Positions 57,885-64,000 of a stretch of 64,000 bases of DNA are shown piece by piece. Positions within the stretch are counted from its first letter, which is position 1. Each line of letters begins with the position of its first letter. Under the pieces are notes generated by a model. It had not been told where the DNA came from. It ran no database searches and saw only the letters and a program-made list of their open reading frames with translations. This DNA is from Octopus vulgaris (Eukaryota): positions 16,306,001-16,370,000 of the forward strand of contig OX597819.1 of NCBI GenBank assembly GCA_951406725.2, written 5' to 3'. Made by a program: the position numbers and the translations under genes.

Positions 57885-58025
57885 TTAGGTTGTCCCAAAA
57901 GTTCGTAAACACTTGCGAAAATTGAATTTTTACTCGCCAAGTACTAACAAAAACAACAAAAATTATTCCTCAAAATAAAGACCATTATTTTCCAAGACTT
58001 TCTACGAACTTTTGGGACAACCTTA
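57885..58025 (-). mobile_element. Mariner internal-deletion derivative (MITE-like), 141 bp
   Basis: TIRs ttaggttgtcccaaaagttcgta / tacgaacttttgggacaacctta with TA on both flanks. The interior encodes KVLENNGLYFEE* on the minus strand, a mariner transposase C-terminus. Confidence 0.88.
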
Positions 58026-58752
58026 TATTATCCACTAGATTTCATCCATCATTCATAACTCGGATTTATCATTACCATTTGATGTTCGTGATCCTTCTTT
58101 AAAGTAATCCAATCTGTTGCGCACATGTTGGACCAGGTTTCTCGTCTGAGAACCGATGCCCTGCTTTCCACTGCAGCAACACGAGGGTCATAGTTTCTTC
58201 CGCCCTTCTACGCCCTGCTGCCGGTCTCAGAAGTCTTACAAAACGGTTATTGGCACTGGTTTTCCTGACCAAGCCATAAACATTTGGCAGTTAAATAACT
58301 GGAAAAAATACTTACAACATTACACATTCAGAGTTAGATCAAATAATAGACAGAAAGCCAGTATCTTATATTTCATACGAGAAACTTAACGAGAAATCTT
58401 TATTTTGAAATTAATCAAAAAACTATAAAAGTTCTGTCAGAACTGTACGGAAGATCCATCATTTGGTTTTGTGAAAGATTATAAAGAATTTATGCTAAAC
58501 ACGTCATCCCTCAGTTACGATATGACAAAATGCTTGTAGATATATTTAAAAAACAATTGTTCTGGTTCATTTAGACTAGTATCAATCCCGAAAGAACTGT
58601 GGGAAATTTTGTAAAAATTACTGACGATAATGATAATGATGATGATAATAATGATAATAATGAGCAAATCGCCGAGATATATCTATAAAAAATCCTGTTG
58701 ATAAAAATGAGTTTTAAAATTCTTAATAATAATAATAATAATAATAATAATT

Positions 58753-59115
58753 GTTTCAAATTTTGGCACAAGGCCGCCAATTTTAAGGAAAGTGAGTTTG
58801 TCGATGTCATCGGCCAAGCGCCTTATTTTATCGACCGCAGAGGGATGGAAGATAAAATTGGTCTCGGCAGTATTTGAGCTCAACGATTCCGCTAACTTAG
58901 CAACTTATTTAGTTTAGGCAAAAGGTCGGCAGTCTTTAGAAGAGGATATAAGTCGACACCACCGAACCCACTATTTGACTGGTATTTCATTTTACCGACT
59001 TTGGATGGAAGAAAGGCAAATTTAACATCGGCGTGATTTGAACCGAGAGCGTAAAACCTCGGAATAATTACCGCAAGGTAATTTGTCCGACGTTCTAGCG
59101 ATTCTACAGATTTGC
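58753..59115 (-). mobile_element. Two diverged short-tail MetaSINE copies (58753-58895; 58915-59115)
   Basis: tttcaaattttggcacaaggcc tail and degenerate Meta domains. Confidence 0.7.
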
Positions 59116-59157
59116 CAATAATAATAGTAGTAGTAGTGGTAGTGGTGGTGGTGGTGG

Positions 59158-59640
59158 TTTCTTTATTGGTCACATGGGCTGCAAAATCATTTGGGACAAT
59201 ACAATGACAAGGATAGCGGGAATTTACCGAAAGCAATAGCAATTAAAAGAATCATAAAATTACACAATGAAGTGAAGAGGAGGCGCCACCCTGAGGCGAC
59301 CAAGGAACTCCACAGATCTGAAGTCACTCCGTTAACCAGGAGTGCCATGGAAAGTGCTCCCCTCTCCGTCGTACTTCTGAAAGCCCAGAAGCGTATGATT
59401 ACATTAAGGTCCTTCTCGCTATCTTCACTCAACTTTTACAAATTTAATGGGGAACAGCACCCAATCCCCCATCCTCACTTACCTGTCCAAGAGGGCTTGG
59501 ACGAAAAAGAGTCTGTCTTCAGTCCTTTCACTCGCATTCACCACACAACCTCTTTCAAGGAGAAAAATCTGTTTGCCGCCCTCAACCAACGGAAGGCGCG
59601 AGGCAATCTTCACGATTAAGTCGGTCGATAGCTAGATTCG
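59158..59640 (-). mobile_element. L1/Tx1-like LINE 3' end (ORF2 C-terminus plus 3' UTR)
   Basis: Minus strand LSTDLIVKIA and KEVVW*MRVKGLKTDSF. Ends gcagcccatgtgaccaataaagaaa. Confidence 0.6.
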
Positions 59641-59687
59641 TCTTAGCATAATAGCAGCAGAAGCAGCAACAACGACAGCAAGAACAA

Positions 59688-59955
59688 TTTCTTTTATTGG
59701 CCACAAGGGCCCAAGACATAGAGGACAATATTAAAGGAGGAGATACAGCACACAAAACATGTGGGGCTTACATCGATCAGAAGGAGACACTACAACATTA
59801 AAGGGTATAACAAAAGGATATATAAATAGAAGTTAGAGAAATAAATAAATAAATAGAATCTCCAATAGCGGAGCCTGGATTACTTTGCTGTCCACAAAGA
59901 TCGGGCAGTGCCATCTTCCAGTTTCATTCCTCTTAGAAAAGCATGCCCAGAGTAA
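59688..59955 (-). mobile_element. Second LINE-like 3' UTR fragment with a related terminus
   Basis: Minus strand ends gtcctctatgtcttgggcccttgtggccaataaaagaaa. Confidence 0.5.
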
Positions 59956-59994
59956 ATCCAATAATAACAATAATAATAATAATAATAATAATAG

Positions 59995-60073
59995 TTGAAC
60001 TCAGGATGTGAAGACGGACAAAAAGCTGCTAAGCATTTTGCCCGGCGAGCTAACGGTTCTAGCGGCTCGCCGC
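59995..60073 (-). mobile_element. MetaSINE head only
   Basis: Reverse complement of gcggcgagccgctagaaccgttagc..aaaatgcttagc..gagttcaa. Confidence 0.75.
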
Positions 60074-60093
60074 AGTAATAATAATAATAATAA

Positions 60094-62680
60094 GATGGGT
60101 TACCGATGTGGAAAGAAAGGTACATCATTGAACCATCTTCTGTTTATGGATGACCTGAAATTGTCTGCGAAATCTGAAAAACAGATAGATTTCTTAACTA
60201 AAACAGTTCAGAAGTGTGGTAGGGATATCGGGATGGAATATGGGATTACGAAATGCTCAGTATTTAATATGAAAAGAGGGAAGAAAGCAGCCTGCAGAGG
60301 ATTGCGGTTACCATCAGGAGAGACCATGGGTGATCCTGACGCTAGTGAGTATAAATATTTAAGGATATTGGAGATGGATGACATTCTACACAGAGAAATG
60401 AAAGTTAAGGTCAGTGAGGCAACCTGAATGCCAAAACTTTGATTACCACAATGAATATCTGGGTAGTGGTGGTGGTCAGATATAGTTCGTCCATCCTCAA
60501 ATGGACTAAGGAGGAAATATCAACACTGGCTAGAAGGACGAGAAAGTTGATGGCGCTGCATGAAGTGCTACACCCGAAAGCAAACGTGAACAGATTGTAT
60601 ATGAAACGAAAGAATAGTGGCATCATCATCATCATTGTTCGACCGTGGTCGAGACAATGGAATTTACCATGCCACGCCAGACTTCACGGTCCATCATGGC
60701 ATTACGGAGGTCCTGTTGCTGGATGCCTGTATCCCTGGAGATTACATCAGGGTAAGAGAGTGTGCGCCCTCTGGTATTGTGAGTAGATGGCTTCTAGAGG
60801 AGAAGAGTAGAAATTACTTCTTTTTCAGCTCTACAACAATGTCCAGCAAACTGGACTCTCCTACCTTTCACAAGAGATGACACAGGTGGTAGTTTCCCAT
60901 ATATTTGCATTTTGGTTGGATGGCGCTTCCACGAGAGATTTTGAGCTCTCATAAGGAGGCGAGTGTAGGTTCCATCCAACCGCCTCTCAAGCTTCTTTGA
61001 TAACGTCCAGGTTTCTGAGCCATATAGTAGAATTGGTTCGACTGTGGCTTTGAAGATTTCAAGTTTGAAATCTCTACTTAGATTTGATGACCAGATCTTA
61101 TGCATGTCATTACAGGCTGACCAGGTCATACCCTTTCTAGTTAGAAAGTCTTTTCCAGATGATGATATGTATGACCCAAGATATTTGTAATCAGAAACCA
61201 TATTTAAGGGCGCATTGTTGAGAGTATGGATGATGCAATCACTGTTGGACAGGCACTTGTTTATGTATTCAGTTTTGGCCTCATTGAGGTAAAGACCTAC
61301 ACAATTTGAGGCTTGTTCAAGAGATTGTAAAAGAGACTGGGCATTGGAGAGAGAATCACTGATAAGAGCGATGTCGTCAGCAAAGTCAGTGTCTGTCAAG
61401 TACTCAGCTGGGTGTCTGGAACTTCTTCTTGGTTTTATTTCAAAGCCCTTGCCAGAGGTGGTATCAACTGACATACGTAGCACATAATCAACAACAATGA
61501 TGAAAAGAAATGGGTCGAGTGTGTCTCCCTGCAGTATTCCGGCTTTGATTGAGAAAGATGGTGTTTCTCCGTCAGGGGTTAAGATGGTTGAAGACGTATC
61601 TGTGTAGAGGACCTTGATGGCAGAAATGATTTTGTCTGGTATCCCATAGAATAGTGGCAGAGGACTAATTAGTATGGACCATTGTATAAGGAGTGAAAGG
61701 AGAACGCTTACCAAGTATGTGATAAATAGTGATGAAGACCTGCCGCAATATGCCGCGAAAGATATGGGTGTAAATGCAGATGAAATAACGGGCACGGCAG
61801 AGTTTAACCAAAGAGCAGAGGAGAGGAGAAAAGAAGAGCTTGAAATGAGAATGCATGGACAGTTTGAAAGGAATACACAGGACGTTAAAGATAATACAGC
61901 ATCGTGGGTATGGCTTGAGCGAGGTGATTTGAAGCGTATCATCGAAAGCCTGGGCATTACTGCACAAGACCAGGCTCTCGCTACCAAGCCAGTGAAGTAT
62001 AACATCTGTAAAACTTCTGACACCAAGAAATGCAGACTCTGTGGAAAGAGTGAGGAAAATGTGAGCCATTTGGTAAGTGGATGTGAGAGCCTTGCACAAA
62101 AAGAATACAAGCGCCGCCACGATAAAGGGTGTGTGTATCTTCATTGGCTCTTATGCCATAAATATCAATATGAAGTAACAGAGAACTGGTATGAGCATGT
62201 ACCAAGTAAAGTTATGTAGGAGGATGGAAAAGTAACGATACTCTGGGACTATAATTTTCAAACGGATCGTGTAATCGAACACCGTCGGCCGGATATTGTC
62301 ATATTGAATAAACGAGACAAATACTGTCAGATCATTGATGTAGCCATACCAAATGACATGAATGTTGTGAGTAAAGAGGTTGAAAAAATCACCAAGTACT
62401 CCGAATTGAAACTGGAAATGGCAAGACTGTATGGAATACCAGAGGGTAATGTAAAGGTGATACCAGTGGTGATCTGGGCTTTGGGCTCAATCCCATTGAA
62501 ACTTCAAGACTTCTTAAGGCAACTGGAAATCCTATGCAAGATTGATGTCTTGCAAAAAGCAACCTTATTGGGCACAGCGCACATCTTAAGGAAAATATTA
62601 TCTGTCTGAAGTCCTTGTTGTGATAGATGACTAAAAACTCCGGTGCATTTTTATCTACAGTGATACGAAAAAAAAAAAAG
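60094..62680 (+). mobile_element. 5'-truncated Dong/R4-clade non-LTR retrotransposon (RT end, CCHC finger, restriction-like endonuclease) in (TAA)n
   Basis: LNHLLFMDDLKL, YKYL, RLYMKRKNSG|RGLIS, CRLCGKSEENVSHLVSGC, YKRRHD, RRPDIVI and IIDVAIP..KITKY. Poly(A) then (TAA)n at the 3' end, and (TAA)n at the 5' end. Confidence 0.92.
60623..61647 (-). mobile_element. 5'-truncated RTE-clade LINE nested in the Dong element
   Basis: GILQGDTLDPFLF, DFADDIAL, YKYLGS, PILLYGSETWTL, VQFAGHC. One premature stop at 60794. (GAT)n tail. TSD AGAATAGTGGCA at 60611-60622 and 61648-61659. Confidence 0.93.
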
Positions 62681-62724
62681 AATAATAATAATAATAATAA
62701 TAATAATTATAATAATAATAATAA

Positions 62725-63118
62725 TTTCAAATTTTGCTACAGGGGCAGCAATTTGGGGGAGGAGATAAGTCGATTTCATCGGCCCCAATGTTTCACTGGT
62801 ACTTAATTCATTGACCCTGAAAGGATGAAAGGCAAAGTCAAACTCGGCGGAATTTGAACTCAGAACGTATCGGCAGACGAAATACCTATTTCTTTACTAC
62901 TCACAAGGGGCTAAACACACAGAGGACAAAGAAGGACAGACAAAGGGATTAAGTCGATTATATCGACCCCAGTGCGTAACTGGTACTTATTTAATCGACC
63001 CCGAAAGGATGAAAGGCAAAGTCGACATCGGTGGAATTTGAACTCAGAACGTAGCGGCAGACGAAATACCGCTACGCATTTCGCCTGGCGTGCTAACGAT
63101 TCTGCCAGCTCGCCGCCT
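62725..63118 (-). mobile_element. Two MetaSINEs: short-tail copy 62725-62885 whose head is replaced by a full long-tail copy 62887-63118
   Basis: Two reverse-complement Meta domains, each with its own tail type. Confidence 0.88.
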
Positions 63119-63149
63119 TTTGATGATGATGATGATGATGATGACGATG

Positions 63150-63192
<43 letters not shown>

Positions 63193-63209
63193 TAATAATA
63201 ATGATAATA

Positions 63210-64000
63210 ATATGTTCCCAAATGATAAAATAAAACAAATAAAAAAAATATAGCCAAACAAACCAGACTCCAGTACACTAAGAAGAAATGGGAGCAAAAA
63301 CCACTGAATGGTAAATACTTGAATAGAGTCAGGGACCAAATCTTTATCCATCAGTGGCTGACATGCTCTGGTCTCAAACCAGAAACTGAAGGGGTAAATC
63401 ATTGCTGCTTAGGATCATCTCCTTCCAACGAAGAATTATCAAAGTAATGTTCTGAAACATGAATGTGCCGCCAATGCGTAGAACATCCAGAGACATTCGA
63501 CTATGAGATCTCCAAATGCGGCCAACTGGCACCAACAGAGTGCTTGCAAAGACATGGCAGGGCAGCTCAATACATACACTGGCCAATATATCGCACATGC
63601 GACCTCTCTCACGAAGATAATTGATGGGAACAAAAACTGCAAAACTTGTGCAGAATGCTGAAGTTAGTATCCTTTGGTATTTCAGTGTTGAAGCTGATCG
63701 AGAAACACAGGTTAACCGACCAGCTACCGTTGTGAAAAAGGTTGAAAAGATTTATCTTCTGATTGATGTTGCTGCTCCATCTCTGAGAACATTTGAGAAA
63801 TTGAGCAAATGTAAGAACCTGGAGATTGAAATCAGAAGAATGTGACATCTCAAAGCAACAACATTACCTATTATTATTGGGGCACTTCAAATGACATCAA
63901 GAGGAGCAAACAAATATGTAGACCAAATTCTTGGCAGCCCCAAAAGAAGTGAACTGCAAAAGATCCTACTTATGAGTTCCTCACATATTTTGCTAAATTC
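63210..64000 (+). mobile_element. Decayed Dong/R4-type element (second family), running off the window end
   Basis: KWEQKPLNGKY, QWLTCSGLKPETEG, IIAA*DHLLPTKNY, ILWYFSVEADR..NRP, LLIDVAAP, LPIIIGAL. Preceded by (GAT)n(AAT)n. Confidence 0.85.

Noticed and set aside
58060-58310. GC-richer island with a minus-strand acceptor-like site
   Set aside because: Stops in all three frames soon after the acceptor, and no recognisable domain.
59191-59619. 142-aa plus-strand ORF
   Set aside because: Antisense to a LINE 3' end. No recognisable domain.
60794-62110. 438-aa minus-strand ORF as a single gene
   Set aside because: The first ~154 codons are antisense to the Dong element. Only the remainder is RTE RT.

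Overview
Eukaryotic, AT-rich, repeat-dominated intergenic or intronic DNA. The SINE families and the density of (TA)n microsatellites point to a coleoid cephalopod, probably Octopus (inference). No host protein-coding gene is identified with confidence. Nearly all long ORFs in the track are artefacts of stop-free (TA/TG/CA)n arrays. The recognisable coding content is retroelement or transposon derived. There are four CR1-group LINE copies clustered at 27-39 kb, all bordered by TA-rich sequence. There are three Dong/R4-type RLE elements beside (TAA)n, one of them interrupted by an RTE element with a 12-bp TSD. Also present are decayed L1/Tx1, RTE and Tc1 relics, a mariner deletion derivative, Penelope-like (GIY-YIG) fragments and many tRNA-derived SINEs (Meta-domain, CORE-domain and OR-like). 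The most notable signals are: several minimal type I hammerhead ribozyme motifs, including an inverted pair with intact cores and a repeat family with a non-canonical CUGYNGA core in a 304-bp tandem; a covarying 3' hairpin shared by the CR1-like LINEs and one SINE; a SINE tail resembling L1/Tx1 3' ends; long foldbacks; and a CArG/TATA/CRE cluster near 53 kb that may be a real promoter. All calls come from reading the sequence by eye, with no database searches.
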